A program made the translations under genes and the position numbers. A stretch of 64,000 nucleotides of DNA from an uncultured Ignavibacteria bacterium. GTDB taxonomy: Bacteria; Zixibacteria; MSB-5A5; JAABVY01. Below are positions 38,097 through 47,121 of this stretch, one piece after another. Location of the stretch: the NCBI GenBank assembly GCA_964496505.1, contig CAZBZV010000004.1:5811-69810 (forward strand), read 5' to 3'. The first letter of the stretch is position 1. The number at the start of each line of letters is the position of its first letter. Below the pieces are notes generated by a model. That model did no database searches. It saw only the letters and a list, made by a program, of their open reading frames with translations, and was not told the DNA's origin.

Positions 38097-38384
38097 CTAT
38101 TCAAACATATCCTGCTGATTCGGATCAGCGAACAGCCTGTTCCATTCCTGCCTGATAACAGGTAGATACAGATCCCAGATGGTCCATTCTTTAGAATCAT
38201 CATCAAAGCCATAATCGCCGTAGGGAACGTTGGCTTTTACGAACTCTATGAACGTCCTGGCTTTTTCCTTATCCCTCCACTCAGAAGTCAGATGCATCTT
38301 GAAATACCCTGCTGTCGGTGCAAACAACGGCATATCAAAACCCCACCACGTTAAATGATTTGAACAAAAAACCGGAGAAATCAC
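38097..38384 (-). CDS. Hypothetical protein
   Basis: ORF from the track only. Confidence 0.3.
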   Translation of the reverse strand: MISPVFCSNHLTWWGFDMPLFAPTAGYFKMHLTSEWRDKEKARTFIEFVKANVPYGDYGFDDDSKEWTIWDLYLPVIRQEWNRLFADPNQQDMFE

Positions 38385-38682
38385 ACTTGGGACACGTCGC
38401 AGTCGGCGGATCGGTCTGTAGGATATCCTTGTCTCTATCGAGTTTGGTATCGCATTTAGGACAGGCGTATTTTACTTTCAGGTCATCAAGAATCCATTCC
38501 ATGAAATCGCTTACACGCTCTGCTTTATTTCCAGTCTTGCCGTAAGCAACCGCCTGGCCATACCAGAAGGGCCTTCTGTCCGATGTGACCTTATCGAAGG
38601 CAATGACAATCATGCCCTCACATTTCAGCGCCCTGGCCAGGGCGCTGACATGCTCAATTGTCAAATCTTCAGCAGCCATCAC
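38335..38682 (-). CDS. Hypothetical zinc-ribbon protein
   Basis: Contains the motifs CPKCD and CPKCD (ACPKCDTK...TCPKCDF). Confidence 0.35.
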   Translation of the reverse strand: MMAAEDLTIEHVSALARALKCEGMIVIAFDKVTSDRRPFWYGQAVAYGKTGNKAERVSDFMEWILDDLKVKYACPKCDTKLDRDKDILQTDPPTATCPKCDFSGFLFKSFNVVGF

Positions 38683-38854
38683 ATTTCCTGATCTTGAGTT
38701 CTTTTTTGATCTTCACGCTTGCACGGTTGCAGATATCGGAATCAGTCAGACTAAAGCGCCTGGTAACGACATTGAGGATTTCTATATCCGGGAGAACTTT
38801 GGCGATTGTTTCGGCTTCCTGCCGCGTGAGCTTAATCCTTAAATGCCCTGACAT
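38669..38854 (-). CDS. Hypothetical small protein (start trimmed to MSGHLRIK, just after the ParB stop)
   Basis: The track ORF 38669-38947 overlaps the 3' end of the ParB gene. The internal Met at 38854 removes that overlap. Confidence 0.3.
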   Translation of the reverse strand: MSGHLRIKLTRQEAETIAKVLPDIEILNVVTRRFSLTDSDICNRASVKIKKELKIRKCDGC

Positions 38855-38855
38855 A

Positions 38856-40652
38856 TCAGCTCTTCTTTCCTTTCTTCTTGGATTTCTTCTTGGCCCTCTT
38901 TTTCCTGCCCTTATCTTGACAGGCTGAGCACAGAGTATGTGTCTCATCTACCCAATAGCATGGATCCCCCATATCATCAACACATGGCGCTGAATCGGTG
39001 CAACCGCATTTCCGGCATATTCCAGGCGTTAAAGATTTTTTCTTCTTAGTCTTATTCTTGCCGGCTGCCTTCTTCTTTCCTGATTTCTTCTTTGTCTTTC
39101 CCGGCGGCTCTTCCTCGAGCTTGTCCGGAAAGATTGACTGGTAGGATTTCTTGGTGAATGGCGGCCATGATTTCGGGCGCTTGATGGTTTCGACAGCCGA
39201 GACTTTGTAACGCCCGAAATCCAGGCCCAAAAGTTTGTCTGTAAAATCGTTCAGGTCCTTTTCGAATTTATTGACCGGTTCATGCCAGATCTTGACCTGG
39301 CTTTCGATAGAAGTAAGATACTCAAGCATTCCATCCCTGCACTGATCAATGACCATTGATCTGAGCTTTTTGGTTTCGCCGTTATTATTTGCAAATGCCT
39401 TCCATCTTTCATATCCCAAATAATCCTTGGCGCCAGTACCATAGGAAAGCAAGAATCTCAGCATATTCAATACTTCAAATGGGTCATCGCCTGAGAAGAA
39501 TTTACAGGACTTAAGCTTGCGGATGTGATCATCCAATTGGCTGATTATCCAGACAAAGCGCCTGATCTCGAGCTTGATTTCCTTTTCCTCCTGGGTCATT
39601 GGGCCGATCTTTTTACCGGAATTCTCACCCGCCGTGGCTGGTCTCTCGGGTTTTATCCAGGACAGTTGCCCTGCAGCTCCGCCATCGGCTATAATTACAG
39701 GTATAGCGCCCCTAAAATCTTTGGAGGTCTCTTCATAATCAAACCTCGCAAGCACTGGAGCCGGTAAGGTCCTGCCTGGTATTTTCCCTGGATAATAGCC
39801 TTCTCGGGATATCAGCTTGAGATTCTTGTGTTCGGCGCTTAGTTCGGTGTATTTTTTCTGAATAAAGGCATCCAGCTTTTTCGTATAGCATCCGGCATCC
39901 AGACATTGCTCATCGCGCTTAACAGCTTTTTCGGTCAGATCTTCGTGGAATAATTCAGGCTGCCGGCCGGAACGCTTGGGACAGTTGGTGCAGGCCCCCG
40001 CTTCCGGAAGCAGTGTGTCATCATTCAGATCCCAGGGCGCAGACCTCAAGGTCTGATGGTATTCGGACAAAAATTCTCGTATCTGATATTCGGTAATCAG
40101 TTCATCAGGGATGTAAGAAACTTCCTGGAATATCTCATCCTGAACATCTTCATTCCACTTGGCCACAAGCTCGAGAGCCGAGACAGTAATCAGATCGGCG
40201 TTTTCTTTGAGCCAATCCTTCCATTCCTTCGAGAGCTTCAATAACTGCGCTCGCCTGGCCACGAACTGCTGTGTCTTTCCCAGCTCCGCGGCAGCTTCCT
40301 CATAATTCAGGCCGCGATCGAGTAAGATCTGAATCGCCTGGGCCTCCTCGAAAGGTTCGAGGTTTTTGCGCTGCAGGTTCTCGGTTACGCGTATGGCCTG
40401 TGCCTTCATATCATCAGCCTCGACAACCTCGGCCCTGATCTTGGCCTCTCCGAGAGATTTGATTGCCGCGAGGCGCCGATTGCCGGCAATCAGGTCATAT
40501 TTGGTCTTACCCTTTTTGCGGACAATGATGGGATTTAGAAGGCCGACCGCCTTGATGTTCTTGGCCAACTCCTCGACGGAAGCCTTGGTCACCTTCCGGG
40601 CATTGTCCTTTCCGATACTGATGCTCTTAACATCGATTAACTGTGTACTCAT
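38856..40652 (-). CDS. ParB-like nuclease domain protein with a C-terminal Cys-cluster (zinc ribbon) and a polybasic tail
   Basis: N-terminus KYDLIAGNRRLAAIKSLG...IRVTENLQRKNL (ParB box). C-terminus CRKCGCTDSAPC...CYWVDETHTLCSACQ followed by KGRKKRAKKKSKKKGKKS. Confidence 0.65.
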   Translation of the reverse strand: MSTQLIDVKSISIGKDNARKVTKASVEELAKNIKAVGLLNPIIVRKKGKTKYDLIAGNRRLAAIKSLGEAKIRAEVVEADDMKAQAIRVTENLQRKNLEPFEEAQAIQILLDRGLNYEEAAAELGKTQQFVARRAQLLKLSKEWKDWLKENADLITVSALELVAKWNEDVQDEIFQEVSYIPDELITEYQIREFLSEYHQTLRSAPWDLNDDTLLPEAGACTNCPKRSGRQPELFHEDLTEKAVKRDEQCLDAGCYTKKLDAFIQKKYTELSAEHKNLKLISREGYYPGKIPGRTLPAPVLARFDYEETSKDFRGAIPVIIADGGAAGQLSWIKPERPATAGENSGKKIGPMTQEEKEIKLEIRRFVWIISQLDDHIRKLKSCKFFSGDDPFEVLNMLRFLLSYGTGAKDYLGYERWKAFANNNGETKKLRSMVIDQCRDGMLEYLTSIESQVKIWHEPVNKFEKDLNDFTDKLLGLDFGRYKVSAVETIKRPKSWPPFTKKSYQSIFPDKLEEEPPGKTKKKSGKKKAAGKNKTKKKKSLTPGICRKCGCTDSAPCVDDMGDPCYWVDETHTLCSACQDKGRKKRAKKKSKKKGKKS

Positions 40653-40670
40653 ATATCCTCCATTTATAAA

Positions 40671-41618
40671 TCAATATTCCTCCTTTATGATTTCCATTGC
40701 CCGGTCGTAACCGTACTCGATCCCCGCATTGATCTGCTTTCTGTCAAAACTGAGGGTGTCGATTACTTCATGCTCCGGAGCTATAACTGTGAACTTGATC
40801 TTGCGATATTTTTCACCCACGCAGTTGGAATCTACCATCTGATTGATAAAATTCATGTAGGACAGATCTTCGTTGTAGATCTCATTGAGCGCCATGGAGA
40901 GCGACCGGGTCCCGATATCCAGTATATTGCCCTTGTATTCCCAGCTCTCGATATCAAGCGGGCTGCATTCAATCAGAATGATGTAATCAGCTCCGGCATC
41001 GAGGCCCTCTTTTAGCGGCGTCATATTTCGAACACCGCCATCAAGATAATGCCTGCCGGCAATCTCAACAGGCGCCGCATATCCAGGCATACAGCAGCTG
41101 GCATATATGAAGTCATGGGGATGCGCATTTACACCGCGGCCATCAGGAGTCTCGACAGTACCATTGCTGATTGCGATCGTGTAATACTTTCCGTCCTCAA
41201 GGCAGACTACGCCGGAACGGGCGGGGATTTTGAATTTTGATATGTCAGCATATTCACCTATAAGTCTGCGTAGCGGAGAGAAGTCGTATATGCTTGTAAT
41301 ATCGAATGTGGCCAGGCCGAGCTTTGACCAGAGATACTTCCAACCGATGTCGGTGAAACTGTGGGCTTCGCGGTAGATGTCTTTTTGGCGAATTGATCCC
41401 CAGATTCGCTCCATCATCTCGTAATCCTGCATGGCCACAAATACCATCTGCAGGTTGCCGGTGGATACACCGGAAACGCCGGTTATTTCAAAGCCTTGAT
41501 CGAGCAAGGCCTGAATGGCTCCAACCTGGAAGCAGCCCTTGGCGCCGCCTCCGGAGAGTACCAGCCAGATCTTCATATCATCTATTTCGAATTCAATCAT
41601 ACCGATTCTCCCAGTCAT
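40671..41618 (-). CDS. Patatin-like phospholipase
   Basis: Oxyanion motif LSGGGAKG, nucleophile elbow GVSTG (GxSxG) and the catalytic DGG triad (YLDGGVRN). Confidence 0.75.
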   Translation of the reverse strand: MTGRIGMIEFEIDDMKIWLVLSGGGAKGCFQVGAIQALLDQGFEITGVSGVSTGNLQMVFVAMQDYEMMERIWGSIRQKDIYREAHSFTDIGWKYLWSKLGLATFDITSIYDFSPLRRLIGEYADISKFKIPARSGVVCLEDGKYYTIAISNGTVETPDGRGVNAHPHDFIYASCCMPGYAAPVEIAGRHYLDGGVRNMTPLKEGLDAGADYIILIECSPLDIESWEYKGNILDIGTRSLSMALNEIYNEDLSYMNFINQMVDSNCVGEKYRKIKFTVIAPEHEVIDTLSFDRKQINAGIEYGYDRAMEIIKEEY

Positions 41619-41805
41619 TTATTTCTGCCAATTCCGCATCCAGTTCCATCTTGACCCATTTTTGTGGATTCTCTAAAGCCTCTATTTCCTCAAATGGGGC
41701 AAGTAAGAAGCCAAAGTTGAAATCGAATTTATTGTATTCATGGCCCTCCGGCCAATAGCCAAATCGCTCAGTAATTAGGTCATCGCCAGCTCGCCATAAG
41801 GTCAC
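41593..41805 (-). CDS. Hypothetical protein
   Basis: ORF from the track only. Confidence 0.3.
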   Translation of the reverse strand: MTLWRAGDDLITERFGYWPEGHEYNKFDFNFGFLLAPFEEIEALENPQKWVKMELDAELAEINDWENRYD

Positions 41806-41869
41806 CTTGAATGTATCTTGTTCAGCACTGGCAATCAGCTCCCCAAGATCATAATCATCAGTGTTAATG

Positions 41870-42754
41870 TTAGCATTCCGGAAAACTCCTTTCCTGGCAT
41901 CCTTCAGGCCATTCGCTCATGTCGTGGCTGACCCTGCCGTCAATCTCTACCTGCTTGACGAAGCACGGCACTCCGGCCTCTTTGCACTGGTCAACTATTG
42001 ATTCAATCCATTCGAGCTTACAGGGACGGCGTTTCGGGCCGGATTCACAGCCGACAATTACCCAATCAAGTATTGGGGTTGGATTTTTGCATAGATGATG
42101 ATCCCAATGTATATACATGTCTTTCCGTGAGTATCCGCAACCTTGACATCTCAAATAATCTTTAACATCAATCTCCCCCAGCATTGGCTCTATGCTGACG
42201 AATTTAACAGCAGCCGGAACCTGCAACAGAATCGGAATGCGTTTGTCGGCCTGCTCTTGATTCTCGGCTGTGACACCAAGCCAGATATGATGCAGATATT
42301 CCTCTGGAATTTTGCTCCGGGTCTCGAGGTTTGTTCCCGGCATAAACACCGCGCCGTCTCTTTTCAGATGCTCATAATATTCCAGCATTCTCTGCGGCCG
42401 TTTGGTTAGCAATATTATAGTTTTCTTTTGATTGCGTACCCATGCAAACTGCCTGAAACATCTATCCAGAATATCAAATGGCACATTCTCGTGAAAAATG
42501 TCTCCCATGCTTCCGATGAATATCTTTTTTCCGGCCGGAGCTTTTCGTATTTGTTCAAGTGCCGGTCTATGAAAAGCAACCTGGCCAGTCCAACCACATT
42601 CATTAATTACAGTTTGGTACTGTGGCTTTCCCATTGCCTTAAGTCTCTTGGCCATTCGTTCAGCATAACAATTTTGACAACCTGGGCTGACCTTAGTGCA
42701 GCCGACAATGGGGTTGATGGTCATGTCAGTCCATTCAATCTTGCTCTTTGCCAT
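41870..42754 (-). CDS. Phage Gp37/Gp68 family protein (DUF5131)
   Basis: The N-terminus MAKSKIEWTDMTINPIVGCTKVSPGCQNCYAERMA is the family hallmark. Confidence 0.7.
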   Translation of the reverse strand: MAKSKIEWTDMTINPIVGCTKVSPGCQNCYAERMAKRLKAMGKPQYQTVINECGWTGQVAFHRPALEQIRKAPAGKKIFIGSMGDIFHENVPFDILDRCFRQFAWVRNQKKTIILLTKRPQRMLEYYEHLKRDGAVFMPGTNLETRSKIPEEYLHHIWLGVTAENQEQADKRIPILLQVPAAVKFVSIEPMLGEIDVKDYLRCQGCGYSRKDMYIHWDHHLCKNPTPILDWVIVGCESGPKRRPCKLEWIESIVDQCKEAGVPCFVKQVEIDGRVSHDMSEWPEGCQERSFPEC

Positions 42755-43199
42755 AAATTGTCCCTTTCAGCAATACACTCAACTCTGCCGCGATCTTCCT
42801 GATTTCATGGTCTGGAAAATTGAGCAAGTTTTCGTATTCTATCGATATGAATTGTGGTTTAATGTTGAGCTTATAACTGCCGTTTCTGTCAGAAACAATC
42901 AGGCCGCCCTCAGGATAAATCTTAAATGTGTCCTGAATGCCATTGCAATCCACTTCCTTTTTGAGATTGTATATGTATCTGGTCTGGCAATCCCCGCAAT
43001 CAAGCTTCTCTTTGTGGAGCCAGCCGCTGGCATCTTCATAAGCCCAAGTCGATGTGACAATGGCTCGATAAGCCAGCTTCGTTAAATAGGTAAAGCTCTT
43101 TTGGGTCAAGAATAAATCCTTATCCAAGAAACGGATGTGAAATCTCAGGCCGCTTCCTACATATTTGGGTTTTCCGATAATATTCAATTCCTCACTCAC
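42735..43199 (-). CDS. Hypothetical protein
   Basis: ORF from the track only. Confidence 0.3.
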   Translation of the reverse strand: MSEELNIIGKPKYVGSGLRFHIRFLDKDLFLTQKSFTYLTKLAYRAIVTSTWAYEDASGWLHKEKLDCGDCQTRYIYNLKKEVDCNGIQDTFKIYPEGGLIVSDRNGSYKLNIKPQFISIEYENLLNFPDHEIRKIAAELSVLLKGTIYGKEQD

Positions 43200-45022
43200 G
43201 CCAATTCCTCCGGAAACAATACTTCCTGTTTGGCCCGGACTTCCCGCCCAGGCAGATAGTCTATAACTTCAAATGTGTTATGAAGCCGGCCCATGTAATT
43301 ATTGAAGGCCCCACCGCCTTCCGCATATCCGAGAGTCCTGGCCAGCTCCTCTCTGCTGATACTGTCCGGGTATATCTGAATCAAATACTCGAGGATCTTC
43401 TGGAGTGGAGCTTGCCTAATTATCTTCAGCCAGCCGCGATGCAATTCCTCAACTCCGGCAATCGGCTCGACCATGCCGGCGGCTTCCCTTCCGGAGTCAG
43501 TCAGCTCGACTTTGCCGCCCTCCGGATAATCGATGTAACCGCCAGACCGAAGCCTGCCGAGAAGGTTATTGAAAGCCCCGCCTTTCGGACTATACTCTGC
43601 CTTGGCCGCGACCATTTCCTTGCTGGGTTTATCTATGCCCAGGGCTTCGAATGATGCTATGGCCTGGAGGACGCGGCGTTGAGGATTGGAGAGTTCAGAA
43701 TTTACAACTGAAGGTAATTTCTTAATCGGTCTCTCCGTGAAATTCTCAACTGTAGATCTGTCCTGAAGGTCGTTGGCTATTGATTGGCCGCGATCAGACG
43801 CTAACCCCTCCATACGATCGAGCAGTTGCCACGGCCTTAGAGACTTTTCCGTAAGCTCCTCGACGTCCTTGCCAATTTTCTGGCTCATTAAATGTATGGC
43901 CTGGAGCGTATTCTCAATTTCACCGCCTGCCTTCTTCAATTCATTTTGCAGAATCCGGATTTGCTTTTTCTGAGCCTGAATTATCGGCCCATGATTACAT
44001 GGCGCCGGGGTATCCTTTTTCAAAAGAGTATTTTCGCGCTTAAGTGCGGACAGTTCTTTCTTCAACTCGACCATATCCTTGGCCCGCTTCTCTGCCTGCT
44101 GGGGAATATCCTCAAGTTTCTCAATCAGTTCTCTGATTTTGCCGGTAGCTTCCGGATGAGTTTCGATGTGCTGTGTTCCGATCTTGGGATGGGACGATTC
44201 AACATCACCGACCTTAACCAGGACAATATCGTCAACCGGAATATATCCCTGGGAGCCTTCGTGTATCCGGAAGGCAGGGCCATAGCAGTGGAATTCCCCG
44301 GGCTGGAGCTTCCGCAGCGCCAGGCTCTCTTCCCTCGAGACAAATCCCAGCTCGTCTACAGCCCGCTTCCGATCGATATCCTGAATAGTCCTGCCGATCA
44401 TCTTATTGCCAAGTTCCGCCGCGGCATCCTTATTCAGCTTGGCCAGTCGCTGGGTTGCCATGATTGTACATATCCCGCGTTTGCGTCCTCGAGTGGCCAA
44501 GTCGATTACTGCCGCTGCGGATTCCGCTTTGCCCTTTTCCGGGCAGATTAAATGCGCTTCGTCCAATACCACCAGAACTGGATGTCGGTATTTGCGCGGC
44601 GCACTGATCAGGGCTTCTGAGAATGCTTTAACGTATGCAATCCGCTCATGTTTTTTCAGTTCGTATAGATCAAAGATGCAGGATGCATTGAACTCGAGAA
44701 GCTTTTTGGCCAGGAGCTTCACTGATTTCAAATCGGCCGGAATATCCCCACCCTTGCCGGCAATGATGTAATCGAACTTTTCTCTGAGTGTATGGAATTC
44801 ACCTTCCAGGTCGATTACCAGTTGCTGGATCCTGCCGTGTGACTGCTCGAGGATTCTCCGGATAAGCCAGGACTTCCCGGCGCCGCTCATGGCCTGGATC
44901 ATGAGACGGGTTTCGGTTAATGTCGCCAGGTCAAGCCCGACCGTTTTATTGTCATGCAGCCCGAGATTTATCATCTTTGCCCTTTGTGATTTGAGTTGGA
45001 ATTTTCTGATCATGCTGGCCAT
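43196..45022 (-). CDS. HerA/DUF87-like P-loop ATPase with two C-terminal winged-helix-like repeats; start uncertain (45022 or 44974)
   Basis: Walker A QAMSGAGKSWL, Walker B VLVVLDEAHLI and a downstream ATQR motif. The C-terminal tandem repeats each contain GGAFNN(L/Y)(L/M)GRL. The track start at 45187 overlaps the upstream zinc-finger ORF. Confidence 0.55.
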   Translation of the reverse strand: MASMIRKFQLKSQRAKMINLGLHDNKTVGLDLATLTETRLMIQAMSGAGKSWLIRRILEQSHGRIQQLVIDLEGEFHTLREKFDYIIAGKGGDIPADLKSVKLLAKKLLEFNASCIFDLYELKKHERIAYVKAFSEALISAPRKYRHPVLVVLDEAHLICPEKGKAESAAAVIDLATRGRKRGICTIMATQRLAKLNKDAAAELGNKMIGRTIQDIDRKRAVDELGFVSREESLALRKLQPGEFHCYGPAFRIHEGSQGYIPVDDIVLVKVGDVESSHPKIGTQHIETHPEATGKIRELIEKLEDIPQQAEKRAKDMVELKKELSALKRENTLLKKDTPAPCNHGPIIQAQKKQIRILQNELKKAGGEIENTLQAIHLMSQKIGKDVEELTEKSLRPWQLLDRMEGLASDRGQSIANDLQDRSTVENFTERPIKKLPSVVNSELSNPQRRVLQAIASFEALGIDKPSKEMVAAKAEYSPKGGAFNNLLGRLRSGGYIDYPEGGKVELTDSGREAAGMVEPIAGVEELHRGWLKIIRQAPLQKILEYLIQIYPDSISREELARTLGYAEGGGAFNNYMGRLHNTFEVIDYLPGREVRAKQEVLFPEELA

Positions 45023-45215
45023 ATCCAAGGATGTGATAGCGGCGAGATTCTCCGCACTTGCCGCAAGATGGGCTGTGCTTGTTAATTCCCAATTGCTGCA
45101 TTTCCCGGAATGTCCTCGAATCTTTGTGACCGCATTTATAGCAGCCGTAGTGGATTGTGGGATTCTGGGGGTCTGCCTGGGTATCAAATCTTACGCTTCT
45201 ATATGCGGGATGCAT
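44952..45215 (-). CDS. Hypothetical zinc-ribbon protein
   Basis: Motifs CYKCGH....CGKCGE. Confidence 0.35.
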   Translation of the reverse strand: MHPAYRSVRFDTQADPQNPTIHYGCYKCGHKDSRTFREMQQLGINKHSPSCGKCGESRRYHILGYGQHDQKIPTQITKGKDDKSRAA

Positions 45216-45323
45216 TATCTGACCTCCACTGTCATTAAATCCTACCAGCTCCCCGGAGGGGTGGGTTACAATGCGATGAAAGGGGGCCGCACCATAACTG
45301 TCCGGGGAGCCGGATAAATCTGT

Positions 45324-45950
45324 TTAGCTTGCCATCATGCTGGTCTGAGACTGATTTGAGTTATGCTTCATGATGATCTTGTCCACCTTGTCCAGTCTGG
45401 TCTTAAGCTGCTTGTCGGTCAGCTTTTTCTTTTTATCCTCATTCTCTATTTTGGCGATTGCCTTCTTTGCCTCGGATATCCGGTTGACGTCCTCGGAGAA
45501 TGCCAGGTCATCGAGGCGCTGACGCTCGGAAGATTTTTTGGAGGTATCTTCTTTTGCCGGCTCCGGAGGATGCACAACGCGCTTGATGGCATTCACTCTG
45601 GACCTGAATTTGGTGGCCGGGAGCTTTTCCTTGGCGTCCTCTTCCTTCAGATCCTTTATCATCTTCATGGCTTCCTTGTTTTTCTGGGTGGCCTCTTCTT
45701 CTTCGAGGTTCGCCAGTTCGATTTCAGCATCCCTGCGGTTAAAGAAGTCCATCTGTGCCTGTCCAAGCTCTTCAATGGTTATTGAGCAGCTTGCTTCGTT
45801 GGCCTGGTCGAGCAGGTCATTTACATTGATGCCCCGATTTCTATCGATCCTGAACTCAAAGACAATCCGGCCCACCATCTTCTCGAGATCACCGATCTTC
45901 CTCATCCGGAATGTCGGGGGTGACATTGTGCCTTGAATCTTAAACGACAT
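45324..45950 (-). CDS. Hypothetical coiled-coil protein
   Basis: ORF from the track only. Confidence 0.3.
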   Translation of the reverse strand: MSFKIQGTMSPPTFRMRKIGDLEKMVGRIVFEFRIDRNRGINVNDLLDQANEASCSITIEELGQAQMDFFNRRDAEIELANLEEEEATQKNKEAMKMIKDLKEEDAKEKLPATKFRSRVNAIKRVVHPPEPAKEDTSKKSSERQRLDDLAFSEDVNRISEAKKAIAKIENEDKKKKLTDKQLKTRLDKVDKIIMKHNSNQSQTSMMAS

Positions 45951-45976
45951 AATTCCTCCATGATTATTTATGACTG

Positions 45977-46594
45977 TTAATCAAGTCTTACAAACCTCGG
46001 TGTCCCATCCGGATAATGCTCCAGATGGTTCTCATCAACATTATCAAAATCAATAGTAGCAATGGCCTTTGCCAGCGCAAGCAGACCCCCATTGCAAATG
46101 GTAAATCCCTTCTTAATGTATTTCTGCATTCTCTGCATCGTAGAGAGTGGCTTCGGTAATGAGTTAATTACCAGCTTACGAGCGGCCAAATCTATGAAAA
46201 ACGTATCGTGATGGATTACTTCAACCGTGTCTACAGCGGCACAACATACAGTGAAATCAAAATTGTCAATCGTTTCCTGGGGGCCCGGGAAATAGATTTT
46301 TATAAGCTGGAAATGATGCTTTTTATACCTATAATCTATGGAATTCGTAAAATCCCCGATTAATTCGGCTCCCTCATTATTCCAGACTTTTTCATTGAAA
46401 TACTCCTTTGCCCTCTCGAGCTCGTATTCGTCAGAAAAATAGATATCTATATCACTGTGGGGATATCCATAAGAAAAAAAGTCTCTCAATGCGCCTCCTG
46501 CAATCCAGCAGTTTCTGCCACAACCGGCCTGACCAAGCAACTCGCCGAGAATAAGATTATCAAAATAGCTTACACATCTATCTAATTGCTCCAT
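45977..46594 (-). CDS. Minimal Pol-beta-superfamily nucleotidyltransferase related to the poly(A) polymerase/CCA-adding enzyme head domain
   Basis: Segment WIAGGALRDFFSYGYPHSDIDIYF fits the GGxxRD-(8-9)-DxD motif of the PolyA_pol/CCA head domain. At 205 aa it lacks the neck, body and tail domains. Confidence 0.55.
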   Translation of the reverse strand: MEQLDRCVSYFDNLILGELLGQAGCGRNCWIAGGALRDFFSYGYPHSDIDIYFSDEYELERAKEYFNEKVWNNEGAELIGDFTNSIDYRYKKHHFQLIKIYFPGPQETIDNFDFTVCCAAVDTVEVIHHDTFFIDLAARKLVINSLPKPLSTMQRMQKYIKKGFTICNGGLLALAKAIATIDFDNVDENHLEHYPDGTPRFVRLD

Positions 46595-46657
46595 AATATT
46601 CCTCTCAAAATCACTGCGGCCATAATCAGGATCATTAGGATTCCTGTTACAATGACC

Positions 46658-46912
46658 TCAAGTTCTTGCTTCTGATATCTCTTTTTTGCGCTCATTCCTG
46701 CGTTTCTCATAGTCCTGTTGATTGAAATAGTTGACGATCGCGATTGAATCATCGATCGCATTCAGTTCAATGACCTGGTGATTGCGATATTCATTGACTT
46801 TTGCCGGCATAAGGTCCTGGCTGAATATCTCTTCCTGGTACCACTGCCGGCGGCGTTTCTTAACCGCCTCCAGGAAGGCGATTACTTCTTCTGGTGATAT
46901 ATGGTTGGTCAT
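46658..46912 (-). CDS. Hypothetical protein
   Basis: ORF from the track only. Confidence 0.3.
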   Translation of the reverse strand: MTNHISPEEVIAFLEAVKKRRRQWYQEEIFSQDLMPAKVNEYRNHQVIELNAIDDSIAIVNYFNQQDYEKRRNERKKEISEART

Positions 46913-47121
46913 GGTATCATCTCTCCGCTCTGCTTTTGCGCCTCAGCCTTGGCTGCTTCAATGCTTTTAGCGATGCCAGAATAGAGTCTGCCCTTGGAAT
47001 CCCGATAATCCCACTGAACCCTCATTCCCTGAGCAATCGGCGAGTAATATTCCTCATAGGCGAATTGCCCTCTGTCATTAGTAATTGTGCAGCCATTCTT
47101 ATTAAGATTGGTTTCCGTCAT
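46909..47121 (-). CDS. Hypothetical protein
   Basis: ORF from the track only. Confidence 0.3.
   Translation of the reverse strand: MTETNLNKNGCTITNDRGQFAYEEYYSPIAQGMRVQWDYRDSKGRLYSGIAKSIEAAKAEAQKQSGEMIP

Noticed and set aside
43892-44551. 219-aa plus-strand ORF
   Set aside because: It is antisense inside the HerA-like ATPase gene and is spurious.
40671-46594. Patatin plus nucleotidyltransferase read as a CBASS operon
   Set aside because: The NTase motif is poly(A)-polymerase/CCA head type (GGxxRD), not CD-NTase. The two genes are ~4 kb apart with unrelated genes between them. No E1/E2/JAB or SAVED/cNMP-sensing domain is present.
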